This document shows positions 53,515 to 63,588 of a stretch of 64,000 nt of DNA, in pieces. Both the position numbers and the translations under genes were made by a program. The stretch comes from Candidatus Bathyarchaeota archaeon (GTDB lineage: Archaea; Thermoproteota; Bathyarchaeia; Bathyarchaeales; Bathycorpusculaceae), in contig CAVYHV010000010.1 in assembly GCA_963768425.1 (NCBI GenBank), forward strand, positions 64,001 to 128,000. The letters are read 5' to 3'. The notes beneath the pieces are model-generated. The model was not told the DNA's origin. It saw only the letters and a program-made list of their open reading frames with translations, and searched no databases. Each line of letters opens with the position of its first letter. Positions within the stretch are counted from its first letter, which is position 1.

Positions 53515-53949
53515 ATGTCTTCTTCAGTTAAGAAAATGGTTGTGGAATGGAAAGGAAATTATCGCCTAGAGGGAAAGAACGAGAAAGGTCTTAAAGTAAA
53601 TTTTGATGCGCCAAAAGAGCATGGCGGCGAAGAAACCGCTCTTTCTCCGATGGAGAACGTTTTAGCAAGCCTAGCCGCATGTAGCAGTTTTCACGTTTTA
53701 ACTATACTGAAGAAGAAACGACTAAACGTTACTGCGTACTCTGTGGAAGCTACAGCTGAAAGAAGAGAAGATCCACCGCCAAGAGTCTTCACAAAAATCC
53801 ACCTAAAGTATATCGTTAAAGGCACAAATATCACACCTGAAGCCGTGGATAGCGCAATCAAACTCTCAGAAGAGAAATACTGCTCTGTAGGTGGAATGCT
53901 TCAAAAAGCGTTGCCTATCACTTCATCTTTTGAAATTACAAATCAGTAA
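53515..53949 (+). CDS. OsmC family protein (YhfA-like)
   Basis: SPMENVLASLAAC, EKYCSV; start reassigned to the ATG at 53515. Confidence 0.88.
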   Translation: MSSSVKKMVVEWKGNYRLEGKNEKGLKVNFDAPKEHGGEETALSPMENVLASLAACSSFHVLTILKKKRLNVTAYSVEATAERREDPPPRVFTKIHLKYIVKGTNITPEAVDSAIKLSEEKYCSVGGMLQKALPITSSFEITNQ

Positions 53950-54076
53950 AAAACAACCCATTAGAAAACAATAAATCTAGCCGCAGAAAAATAAGAAAAA
54001 AAAGGACAAAAAAACAAACAAAATTGAAAAATGAAGTAAAATGATGGCGCGTTGGTTTGATACAATGGAGATGTAA

Positions 54077-54793
54077 ATGTCGTTTAACCTAAGTAAAAAC
54101 AACAATTTTTTTCATCTTTGTGAATTTCTTGGGTCAATGATTTTGACGATTGCCGCAATTTCGCCAGTCATTCTATTTAACAACGTCCTGGAAGCTGATA
54201 TTGCCTTAACCGTCTTGGCAGATGCTATTGCTGTTGGTTTTGTTTTATTTGCTTTAATTGAGATTTTTTCGCCAATATGTACCGCTTTTTTTAATCCTGC
54301 TGTATCAATTGCATTTGCTGTTGATGGCAGATTGACTTGGAAACAGGCAGGAATTTACAGTGCAAACCAAATATTAGGAGGAATCGCAGGTCTCTTGATT
54401 TCCCAGTTAATGTTTTATAATAAAATTCCAAAACTATTCGCAATATCTGATATTTCTCGTTTAGGAGGAAGTGACGTTGCTGAGATTCTGGGCACCTTTG
54501 TTCTTGTGCTTGCCATTCTTTCTATGGTAGGGCAAAAATCAAATAAGACATCTTTCGTGGTTGGTTTTCTCGTTGGTGGTATGTTACTTGCAACTTCTAG
54601 TACCATGTTTGCAAATCCTCAGGTTACCATTGCTAGAATGTTTACTTATTCTGCAGCAGGAATAGCACCTCTTGACGGCTTAATTTTTATTGCGATGCAA
54701 ATAATTGGTGCTACTTTGGCTATTTTGGCGTGGAGAAGCCTGCGCCTTACATGTTTTGACTACAAGTGCGAAGAGGCGACAAAAGATGACTGA
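54077..54793 (+). CDS. MIP/aquaporin family channel, arsenic-cluster type
   Basis: FNPAVS and ANPQVTIAR motifs, 6 TM helices. Confidence 0.85.
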   Translation: MSFNLSKNNNFFHLCEFLGSMILTIAAISPVILFNNVLEADIALTVLADAIAVGFVLFALIEIFSPICTAFFNPAVSIAFAVDGRLTWKQAGIYSANQILGGIAGLLISQLMFYNKIPKLFAISDISRLGGSDVAEILGTFVLVLAILSMVGQKSNKTSFVVGFLVGGMLLATSSTMFANPQVTIARMFTYSAAGIAPLDGLIFIAMQIIGATLAILAWRSLRLTCFDYKCEEATKDD

Positions 54794-55106
54794 AGAAACT
54801 TGGCATGAAATTTCCAGAAGCAAGATACATTGGTACCCAACGATAGATTATGAAAAATGCATCTCCTGCGGAAAATGCGTGGACTATTGCAAACTCGGAA
54901 CCTATGTGTTAGAAGAAAAAGAGGGGAAAAAGAAACCAGTTGTCAAAAAGCCTTACAATTGCGCGGTTCTATGCAATGGATGCGATGCAATATGCCCCGC
55001 TGGAGCCATAACTCACCCATCGAAAAAAGAAATAAGAGAGCTAATTCGAGAAATAAGAAAATCCTCAAAACAACAACAAAATGAAAAAGTGCAAGTTCAT
55101 GAATGA
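54786..55106 (+). CDS. 4Fe-4S dicluster ferredoxin
   Basis: CISCGKCVDYC and CAVLCNGCDAICP; start MTEETW overlaps the MIP stop. Confidence 0.88.
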   Translation: MTEETWHEISRSKIHWYPTIDYEKCISCGKCVDYCKLGTYVLEEKEGKKKPVVKKPYNCAVLCNGCDAICPAGAITHPSKKEIRELIREIRKSSKQQQNEKVQVHE

Positions 55107-55428
55107 AGGCCATGTTAGAATCAGAAGTTGGGAAGAATTCAAGCGCTTAGTAAGCGAAAAGAAGCCAACCTCAATTGTGTATATTCTTGAACAAAACGCC
55201 TTGTCACCTTACAAAGAACTAACCAGCCTAAGAATAATAATGCTACATGACAAACGATACTACATATTCTTAGACTTTCCCAAAGGCGAGGTGCTCAGAG
55301 AAACAGGAATTCCACTTCACAAAGACAAAAAAGGTATTTTAAACTTGGATGAAGACGAAGTCAAAGTCATCTTGAAGAAACAATTTGAGAAAGAGAAAAT
55401 AGAAGTTTTTTCTTTCTGGACCACATGA
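55099..55428 (+). CDS. Hypothetical protein in the ars operon
   Basis: Overlaps the ferredoxin end; decayed copy at 51581. Confidence 0.75.
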   Translation: MNEGHVRIRSWEEFKRLVSEKKPTSIVYILEQNALSPYKELTSLRIIMLHDKRYYIFLDFPKGEVLRETGIPLHKDKKGILNLDEDEVKVILKKQFEKEKIEVFSFWTT

Positions 55429-55499
55429 AAGGTGAAAAATGGCCTTCTCTATAGAGAATATATTGACTATGTTTTTATACTTCAAGAGAATCGTTTGGA

Positions 55500-56420
55500 A
55501 TGAGTCTTATGGCTAAAACTAAAGTCTTATTTTTGTGCACTCATAATTCGGCTAGATCTCAGATAGCTGAAGGACTGCTTAGACACCTATACGGCGATGA
55601 GTATGAGGTTTTTAGCGCTGGCACAAATCCCGCGCAAGTGAACCCCTTGGCCATCAAAGTTATGGCTGAGATAGGTGTAGATATTTCTGGGCAATATTCT
55701 AAAAACCTGGATGTTTTCAAAGACGTTGACATCGATGTAGTTGTTTCAGTCTGTCGTAGCGGATCAAGTTTACATTGTGAAATCTGTGCCTCACCGATAG
55801 TTATGGGCAGACCTGAATTGATTCGCTCAAGATTGCCTAAAGCTAAAGATTATTTGGATCATCCTTTTGATGACCCTTCCGAAGTGGAGGGAACTGAAGA
55901 AGAAAAACTTTCGGCTTTTCGTCGCACAAGGGATGAAATGAAAAAGTGGATTATCGAGAAGTTTGGTTACTTGAGCGAGCTTGCTTTGGAAAAAACCAAA
56001 GTCATTTTTCTATGCACAGGAAATTCGGCGCGAAGCCAAATGGCGGAAGCATTCCTAAGAAGATACGCAGGAAATAAATTTGAGGTTTACAGTGCTGGCT
56101 TTGAACCTCGACCGATCCACCCTTACACAGTTCAGGTGATGAGAGAACTTGGGTATGATCTAAGTGGTCAGTACTCAAAGGACTTGGCGCAGTATCTTGG
56201 GAAGGTACATTTTGGGATAGTTATAACGGTGTGTATAAAAGCGGAAGAGCAGTGCCCAACTATACCCGGAGTAGGCACAAGAATGTATTGGCCTTTCGAA
56301 GATCCCGCAGCGTTTCAAGGAACGGAAGAAGAAAAATTAGCTAAATTTCGAGAAATCCGAGACAAAATCAACGAAAAAACAAAAGCATGGCTGAAAGAAA
56401 GAGGCATCATAGAAAACTGA
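55500..56420 (+). CDS. arsC: Tandem two-domain arsenate reductase (LMW-PTP fold)
   Basis: CTHNSARS and CTGNSARS P-loops, F(D/E)DP motifs. Confidence 0.9.
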   Translation: MSLMAKTKVLFLCTHNSARSQIAEGLLRHLYGDEYEVFSAGTNPAQVNPLAIKVMAEIGVDISGQYSKNLDVFKDVDIDVVVSVCRSGSSLHCEICASPIVMGRPELIRSRLPKAKDYLDHPFDDPSEVEGTEEEKLSAFRRTRDEMKKWIIEKFGYLSELALEKTKVIFLCTGNSARSQMAEAFLRRYAGNKFEVYSAGFEPRPIHPYTVQVMRELGYDLSGQYSKDLAQYLGKVHFGIVITVCIKAEEQCPTIPGVGTRMYWPFEDPAAFQGTEEEKLAKFREIRDKINEKTKAWLKERGIIEN

Positions 56421-56428
56421 TTGAGAGT

Positions 56429-57640
56429 TTATTGTTGGTCCAACCAGTTTCTGGAATTTACCACTGTTTTGCCTGCGAACTTTAATGTCAGTGCCCCTTC
56501 ATAGGGACATTCTTCAACGCATCGTGCACAAAGTATACATCTAGATTCAGTTACATTGCCACCTTTCTTCTCATACACGGCTGTGGCTTGAGTTGGACAA
56601 ACACGTTTACAAACTCCACACCTAGTACATTTTTGCTGGTTTTTGTTCAGACGCGTCATGGCTATTTGTTTGAAAGGTGTGAAAGTGCTGAATAATGCAG
56701 TTAAACCACCAAGTGGGCAAATTCTGCACCAGAACCGCCTGTAGGCCAAGGCTAAAATCGTGACGACACCTAAGACAGCTAAATTTATGGATGTAACGTA
56801 AAAGCCTGTTATCCATAAAGGTCCAGAGGCTATTTTTGAGATGTATGAAAACTTCATTTCGCCCAACGCACATTCAACTAATATACAAAGAGGTCTCATT
56901 GGACAAACTAAACAAAAAGGTTGCTCGAGGTTGCCGACATTGCCTGCCTGTCCTGTGGGTCCCGCGGGTGTGGTACCTGGAACAAGCTGGGTACCTAAAA
57001 TGGCGTACGAGCCAAAAATAACGCTAAGGACTAAAATAACCGCGATAATGATATACCGTGATTGTGAAATCGCTCCATTTGTTTTTTCAGAAAAATGCAA
57101 ATGCCGCAACCGCGCCGTTTTGCGAATTCGAGTTAGCACATCCATATAAAAGCCGAAAGGACAGAGCCAACCGCAGAAAAACCTTCCCAAAATTATGGAC
57201 GCGATTACCAGCAAAATTATAACTATGCCTATCCTTTCCAAACCGGAAGTAGAGTATATTGCCTCATAACCATTTGAAAAGTTCCAATATGGGAAAATGT
57301 AAGCTTGAAGTTGCCAGAGAGCACAAGTAACTGTCCGCCCATTGGAGTAATAACATGCTAAAACAGGAACAGAGAAACCATCCGGAAACTGGTTCTTCAA
57401 AAAACTGGCGCCGAGTAACAGACTGCGTGGTGAAGGTCCGATCGGCCACCATAATGGTGTGTCGAATGGACCCAATATGAGTCCCATAAATATTGCAATG
57501 ACAAAGTTTATTTGAATGAAAAGTCGTAACGAGCTAACTTTGGTTTTGTTTTTGGATAGTTTAAGGATAAGATAGATTCCAACAAGTATTATTGCAGCAA
57601 ATACGGGCAATGCGATGTTACTGGGGAGTTCCCAAGTCAT
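56429..57640 (-). CDS. Membrane 4Fe-4S protein (NapH/MauN-like)
   Basis: GRFFCGWLCPFG, RFWCRICPLG, two CxxCxxCxxxCP. Confidence 0.88.
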   Translation of the reverse strand: MTWELPSNIALPVFAAIILVGIYLILKLSKNKTKVSSLRLFIQINFVIAIFMGLILGPFDTPLWWPIGPSPRSLLLGASFLKNQFPDGFSVPVLACYYSNGRTVTCALWQLQAYIFPYWNFSNGYEAIYSTSGLERIGIVIILLVIASIILGRFFCGWLCPFGFYMDVLTRIRKTARLRHLHFSEKTNGAISQSRYIIIAVILVLSVIFGSYAILGTQLVPGTTPAGPTGQAGNVGNLEQPFCLVCPMRPLCILVECALGEMKFSYISKIASGPLWITGFYVTSINLAVLGVVTILALAYRRFWCRICPLGGLTALFSTFTPFKQIAMTRLNKNQQKCTRCGVCKRVCPTQATAVYEKKGGNVTESRCILCARCVEECPYEGALTLKFAGKTVVNSRNWLDQQ

Positions 57641-57665
57641 CTTTGTGTTTCTTCCAATTCTTTAT

Positions 57666-58910
57666 TTAATGCTCAATCTTCGCAATCAGCTTAAACTCTT
57701 TCAGCGACAGTTCTTTGCCTTTCAGTTTAACCAAGACAGCAACAACTACCACTATGGTTAGTGCAGTTGCTAATACGATCACTACTGAATGCTGCTGATA
57801 TAGGGGCAAGTTTGAATTCGACTCACCGTTTCCATCCGCACCAACAAATGCAGTGGCAGTTGCTGATGGCGTTAAGGTAGGTATTTGTGTTGACGTTTGA
57901 TGAATTGATGCCGGCGACTTACTGAGAATCGGATCCACATTTATCACCGAGACCGATGCGCTGTTTAAATTTGTAACATAGACATATGCGCTGTTTGGCG
58001 CCACAGCCACACCGTACGGAGCACTGCCAACAGTCAGTATCTTCGTTACCTTGTTGGTGGCTGTGCTAATCACAGAGACATTACCGCTGCCGTCATTTGC
58101 GACGTATGCATAGGCTCCGGTGGGCGTTACAGCCACACCTAAAGGCTCCCTTAAACCACCTATCCTCGCGGTCACCGCGTTTGTAGTCGTGTTTATCACC
58201 GACACTGAACCGCTGCCAGAATTTGCTACATATGCATAGCAGCCATTGGGAGTTACAGCCACACCAAAAGGACCACTCTCAACATCTACTGTCGTCGTGA
58301 CTTTGTTTGTAGCCGTATTTATTACCGAAACCGTAGCTGCGCCAAAATTTGTAACATAGACATATTCGTTGTCCGGCGTTATAGCCAAACTTTGAGGATT
58401 GCTTCCAACGGTTATCGTCGCCACCACAGTATTCGAAGATGTGCGTATCAGCGACACTGAATTGCTGCCAAAATTTGTAACATAGGCGTATGCGCCGTTA
58501 GGCGTTACAGCCACACCAAAAGGACCGTTTCCAACAGTTATTGTCTTCGTCACTTTGTTGGTAGCCGTGCTTATAACGGAAACCGAACCACTGCCCCCAT
58601 TTGTCACGTAAGCATAGTTGCCGTTAGGCGTTACAGCCACACCAAAAGGACCATTCCTATCGGCTATCGTCGCCATAACTTTGTTTGTTGCCGTGTTAAT
58701 AACCGAAACCGAACCGCCGCCATTTGTAACATATGCATAATCGCCATTAGGGGTTAAAGCCACATCAAAAGGCTCATTTAAACCGATTACCGTCGTTGTT
58801 ACCACCCGTGCCCGAACTGGTTGAGGCAATAATGCAAAAGCACAGAACAAGAAGAAGAGAACGAGTAGAACACAGCCAACTCTCAAAGTCTTTGTCGTCT
58901 CATGCTTCAT
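57666..58910 (-). CDS. YVTN/YncE beta-propeller surface protein
   Basis: 7 P.GVAVTPNG.YAYVTN.GS..VSVI repeats, signal peptide, C-terminal TM helix. Confidence 0.92.
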   Translation of the reverse strand: MKHETTKTLRVGCVLLVLFFLFCAFALLPQPVRARVVTTTVIGLNEPFDVALTPNGDYAYVTNGGGSVSVINTATNKVMATIADRNGPFGVAVTPNGNYAYVTNGGSGSVSVISTATNKVTKTITVGNGPFGVAVTPNGAYAYVTNFGSNSVSLIRTSSNTVVATITVGSNPQSLAITPDNEYVYVTNFGAATVSVINTATNKVTTTVDVESGPFGVAVTPNGCYAYVANSGSGSVSVINTTTNAVTARIGGLREPLGVAVTPTGAYAYVANDGSGNVSVISTATNKVTKILTVGSAPYGVAVAPNSAYVYVTNLNSASVSVINVDPILSKSPASIHQTSTQIPTLTPSATATAFVGADGNGESNSNLPLYQQHSVVIVLATALTIVVVVAVLVKLKGKELSLKEFKLIAKIEH

Positions 58911-59346
58911 TCTTTCTTCTCACCAATCAAACCCTTTTTGCAAGACAAGTGGGTATGAAAAAGTTCTTGCAGTTAGCTTTGCCAAAAGAAATCAAAACTG
59001 CGTTAGAAAGAGAAATAATGCAAACAGTTGCTAGGACAGGTTTTTTCATGGGTTTTCCAATTTGCTATAAGATTACTAAAGGAATAAAAGATTATTCGTC
59101 AACGTTTCTTGACTAAACAAAACTTTTCTTAAGTCAAGATTTCTTGACTGCCCATTCACTCTGCTGCTCCCAACTACCCCTGGCTCCTCGCTCAATACCA
59201 GCCTCTTTACTCCTAACCTAATTGACAGAGGATTTGAGTTGACCCGAACCAAAAAAAAGTTCAATATGTGAAAAAATGTTGTAGCTTCTGGCAGTCACAT
59301 ATCGTTATTAGCTTATGATTAGTTTAGGGAATTATAGGTAAATATC

Positions 59347-59643
59347 ATGCAGTTTCTTGTAACATTTACTGTGAGAGAGTCAATCCTGTTGTCTGAAATA
59401 GCCAGTGTGCAAAACCGGGTTGGAGACACGGTACAAAAAATACTGAAAACAGGAAAAGTCAAAGAATCAGGACTCCTTATTGATGACCGAAAAGGGTTCT
59501 TTATAATCGAATCGGATTCCGCCGAAGAACTTTGGACCTGGTTAGCTCCTTTCTACGACGTTGCGAAACTAGACATACAGCCAATAGTATCCTTTGAGAG
59601 TCTGCCAAAAATCTTTGACGAACTACAAAAACTTCACTACTAG
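59347..59643 (+). CDS. Small dimeric alpha/beta-barrel protein (DUF3303-like)
   Basis: GFFIIESDSAEEL...PIVS pattern. Confidence 0.65.
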   Translation: MQFLVTFTVRESILLSEIASVQNRVGDTVQKILKTGKVKESGLLIDDRKGFFIIESDSAEELWTWLAPFYDVAKLDIQPIVSFESLPKIFDELQKLHY

Positions 59644-59722
59644 TAGCAAATCACAGAATAGTAATATCGCAGAAAAGTATAGATAGAGAACGAAATCATA
59701 GTAGGAAGGAAGCAACAGAGCC

Positions 59723-60115
59723 ATGGGTACGTTCCTGAGTAAAGAAAAGATTAAGATGCCTTCCTTTAGCTCAAAGTGGTTTGTAGGCGCCTTTGCGTTT
59801 TTAGTTGTTGTCGAGTTTTTGGATGGTTTGACAACTAAGATTGGCTTGGATTTAGGGCTTTTTGAAGTTGGAACGTATGCAAAGGTAATTTTAGGTAGCT
59901 ATGGTTTTTGGGGTTTGATGGTCTGGAAATACAGCATTGTGGCTGCTGTCGGGGCGTTGCTTTTCTTTTTCTATATTGCAGTGAAGAAGTATGCTCCAAC
60001 ACGGTTGAGGTACGTAAATATCATTCTAACTGTTGGCTGTTTAACGGCAGCTTTGGGTTCACTTCAGGTTGTGCTTAATAACATTGGGCAGATTCTGCTT
60101 GCCCTGCATCCTTAA
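59723..60115 (+). CDS. DUF5658-like membrane protein
   Basis: FLDGLTT..GL...E motif, 3 TM helices, terminal NN. Confidence 0.65.
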   Translation: MGTFLSKEKIKMPSFSSKWFVGAFAFLVVVEFLDGLTTKIGLDLGLFEVGTYAKVILGSYGFWGLMVWKYSIVAAVGALLFFFYIAVKKYAPTRLRYVNIILTVGCLTAALGSLQVVLNNIGQILLALHP

Positions 60116-60252
60116 CCGTCTTAACACTTCTTATTCAAAAGCCACGGAATCTTACGTTCAAATACATTGTCTTTTCCAACAATAGGTTATCTTTCACAAG
60201 CATCCCATGATCTGGTTAAAAAAATTCACAGTTTAGGTTGTAGAGATACGAA

Positions 60253-61089
60253 TCAGGTGTTGAGCATATCCGGCAGCTTGACTTCGGGATGATGATACCT
60301 TTCATTATAAGAGACGATTTTGCCGCAGATTGCTTCTTGTGGGCACCAACTATAACAAGCAAGGCAAGTCTCGCAATGATGCTGCCAAACCGGTTTTTTG
60401 TCCAGTATCTTAATGTTATTGACTGGACAAACTCTTGAACATGTTCCACAGCCGTTGCAGTCCTTATTGGTTTGGAAGCTTTGGTCTGCCAAAGGTATGA
60501 GTTCTCTGAAGGATAGATGCAATGAAGAGTTTGAAAGCTTCCGGTACCTTCTATAAAACGCAGGTTTTATCAAGATAAACAATAGTGGCGCGAGGAATAT
60601 TTTGCGCAAGGGTCCACGTGTTTCGAATTTGCCTTTTTTGCGGTCAGCGACAAATTCGCTGATGACTTCAAGTTTCTTTTTCTGGTTAATGGACATTTTT
60701 TGTTGTTTTTCCACGTGAAGTTTCTTGTTGGTCATCTTCACTATGAACCCCGCAGCAAGTTCGCCGCCGCGAGATTTGATTGCCCTTCTCAGATTCTCGA
60801 TTGTGCTTCCAGGCATATCTCCACAAGTACAAACGGCAAAAATGTACTTTGAACCAATATTTGCCAGTTTGTCTACAAATCTGGTAACTATAAGCGGTAG
60901 CCCACAGTCGTTTGTTGCGTAAAAAACTGGAAAAACAATCCCAACCGCAGCAGCTGTGGGCTCTATGCTTTCTCTGTTTCCTACCGATTGCATGGATATG
61001 AGGTGCCCGCTGGTTTTTTCCACTAAATCTTTTGCAATCATCAGTGAATTTCCTGTTCCAGAGAAATAATAGATTTCAGTTTCAGTCAT
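60253..61089 (-). CDS. EFR1-family flavodoxin-ferredoxin fusion
   Basis: YFSGTGNS; CNGCGTCSRVCP; CETCLACYSWCP; RYHHP. Confidence 0.9.
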   Translation of the reverse strand: MTETEIYYFSGTGNSLMIAKDLVEKTSGHLISMQSVGNRESIEPTAAAVGIVFPVFYATNDCGLPLIVTRFVDKLANIGSKYIFAVCTCGDMPGSTIENLRRAIKSRGGELAAGFIVKMTNKKLHVEKQQKMSINQKKKLEVISEFVADRKKGKFETRGPLRKIFLAPLLFILIKPAFYRRYRKLSNSSLHLSFRELIPLADQSFQTNKDCNGCGTCSRVCPVNNIKILDKKPVWQHHCETCLACYSWCPQEAICGKIVSYNERYHHPEVKLPDMLNT

Positions 61090-61451
61090 GAAATGGCGAC
61101 AGCATCCTTAATTGGCACATATTCAGTTTGTGTCTGATCACGGATTTTAATAAGTCTATGGCAATTGAAGCACTCTTCATTTATAGTAAGTGATGCAAAC
61201 GGAGACAACAACTAACTACTTCACAGAGGTTGGCTTTATGCAGGTGCAACTGTAACCTGTAATGGGTGGTTTTCTAAGCTCGGCATATCTCCTTTTAGCA
61301 GGCGATTGCTATGGGCGGGATATTAAAGATCCGTCTTTTCTCATTTTTGAGCAAAGAGCTGCCAGCCTCTAAACTTGTCTGGCTAGTTAAAGCCGACTTT
61401 TAGAAATTGAGATGGTTCCACCTTGAATTCCCACCTGATCCTCTGTGGAAT

Positions 61452-62176
61452 CTGCACTCTTTCCCCTTCTGGAGCTTGCCGCTAAGGCTACCTTCTAGTT
61501 CCTGAGGATCGTCTAATTTTTTCAAAAATTGTCAAAAATTGTCATTTTTTGTCAAAATTTGTATCAACCTGCAAATGATTCAAGCTTCTCTACAAGAGAG
61601 CAACCCAAACCACAAACAAAAAAATTTTCCACGCCAAAAAACACAAATCACTATCCGCTCGCACTTTTTTTGGCGGTGAAGGACGGTAATGGACTTCTGT
61701 AGACTTTAAAGGACGGTAAAGGACGGTAGGCGACGGTAATGGACTTTAAAGGACGGATGCTGCAGATGATTCAAGCTTATCCACAAAAAAGCAACCCAAA
61801 ACACAATCAAAGAAATCTGCCGCCAAAAACGCCGAAAAAAACATTTTGGCAACACTTCTGCAGGCTTCTTCCTCCGCGACTTTTTGGGATGTTTTGGGAT
61901 GTTTTAAGATGTTTCGAGATGTTTTGGGATTTTTTGGGAGACCTGTTGCAGATGATCCAAGCCCCAAACCAGAAAAACAACCCATTTCACAAGAACAAAT
62001 TTCTTTCAAACTGCACTCTTTCCACTGGAGCCTGCCTCTAAAGGTTATCGATCGATTCTTCGAATTGTCAATTTGTGTCAAATCATGTCAAAATGTTTCA
62101 AATTGTGTCAAATAAAGTATCAACCTGCAGACGATTCAAGCTTCTCTAAAGCAACCCAAACCACAAACAAAAAAAA
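61452..62176. repeat. Higher-order non-coding array: four units of 10-bp tandem repeats plus the conserved motif TGCARAYGATYCAAGC..CAACCC
   Basis: Motif at 61570, 61761, 61947 and 62126; 10-mer blocks at 61511-61560, 61671-61757, 61881-61940 and 62061-62110. Confidence 0.9.
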
Positions 62177-62522
62177 TAAGCTGGAACTTTCACCTCGCAA
62201 GAACTTCAGCGGAAAGCAAGACTACCCGCCACTTTGAAAAACGTGAAGCATTTGGGGTTATTTTTGCGAGTTCCTAGTGTCCTGAGGTGCTGTATAGGAC
62301 GCGGTTGCCGCATTTTTTGCATTCGTAATACACTATTATTTTTTGGCTGTTGTGCACGGGCTCCATTTTTTCATAGCAGTCTGGGCAAAGAAGGGTTCGA
62401 CTACGCGGTTTCATAAAATCATACTCAGGTTTAATGGATATAACTCTTCTCACAAAGGCACAGGTTGATTAAGACCAAAAAAAGAAAAAAGATTGATATG
62501 GGAATAAGTGCTTTTCTGCGTT

Positions 62523-63173
62523 TTAAGTTTGGGTTTTGCTTGCTGAGCCTGTTGGCATTCCTGGGGGCAGATCTGGGAAGTTTTGGCTGACTCTTTGTTC
62601 TGCAACGGTTGCTGCTTCAGTTAGAATTTTTGCTGCGTCTTCGTTTACGTTGTCGAAGTTCAGTGACATTCCGGTGCTTGTTCCTGCTTCAAACATTAAG
62701 CCGCTTAGCATGTCGCCGATGCTGCCGAGTTCGCCTTCTGCTTCAGGTAAGACACCGCCAAGTCCCGTGCTGACGCTGCGGAGTACGCCGATGCATGGCC
62801 CAAGGGTTGCGACGACGTCGCCTAGTTCCGAAACAGTCTTTATGCGTAGTGAAATCTGGTCGAGTGCAAGACGCGCGTTCATGATGATTTTTCCCATCTT
62901 ACGTATTTCAGCGAGTTCAGTGGCGTAGATGTTGGCGTGAGGTGTGTCGTGATGTGTGTATGCGTCAACTAGTTTGGAGAATAGGGCTTTGTCTTTTTGT
63001 GTGAAGCGGTCGTTTGCCTGGTCGAGCTTGGCTATTTGCATGTCGAGTTTTCTCACGGCTAAGTCCAAGGCTGGTTTTAGCGCGGGTGGAGGAGTGATGG
63101 TGTTTCTTATTGTTGTTGACAGTGATTCTGTATCTCTTTTCTGTTCCCATTTTTTAGAAAAATTTTCAGACAT
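62523..63173 (-). CDS. ESCRT-III/Snf7 family cell-division protein (CdvB paralog)
   Basis: ANIYATELAEIRK, LDQISLRIKTV.ELGD, AAKILTEAA, FPDLP MIM-like tail. Confidence 0.88.
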   Translation of the reverse strand: MSENFSKKWEQKRDTESLSTTIRNTITPPPALKPALDLAVRKLDMQIAKLDQANDRFTQKDKALFSKLVDAYTHHDTPHANIYATELAEIRKMGKIIMNARLALDQISLRIKTVSELGDVVATLGPCIGVLRSVSTGLGGVLPEAEGELGSIGDMLSGLMFEAGTSTGMSLNFDNVNEDAAKILTEAATVAEQRVSQNFPDLPPGMPTGSASKTQT

Positions 63174-63588
63174 GTTAACATCCTCTTGAATGTTCATGTA
63201 GCGAATGAGCATTTAATTGTTGCTAACATGCACATATATATGTGGAAACAAAAAACAGGTTTTTTCTACGAATTTCTAAATTGCGGCTTGTTGAAGCAGG
63301 TTAATTTGCAACTTTTAGCTCTGCAACTTGTATCCCACAAGGTTTTACCATATATGAGGTGATACCATAATGGTGCTACCGCAAAGAAAGTAAAGTTACG
63401 GCCTTCCGCAAAGATAGTTACCGACGACAAAGGCTCGCCACCACGAAGCAAAAAGAAAGAGTGAATTCCTAATAAGCAAGGACCTTACATGTTGAGTTTC
63501 TGTTTCCTTTTTGGGAAAATTGCGCTAAGGAAACCTTAAAATGATATATGTTTCCTATTTTAGCATGAATTAGCTTGCGGTGAACTGT

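Noticed and set aside
61739-62115. ORFs 61739-62041, 61746-62081 and 61846-62115
   Set aside because: They overlap 10-bp repeats that do not preserve frame; translations are low-complexity artefacts
61452-62176. CRISPR array
   Set aside because: The repeat is short and degenerate, intervening sequences are ~170 bp and internally repetitive, and no cas operon is present
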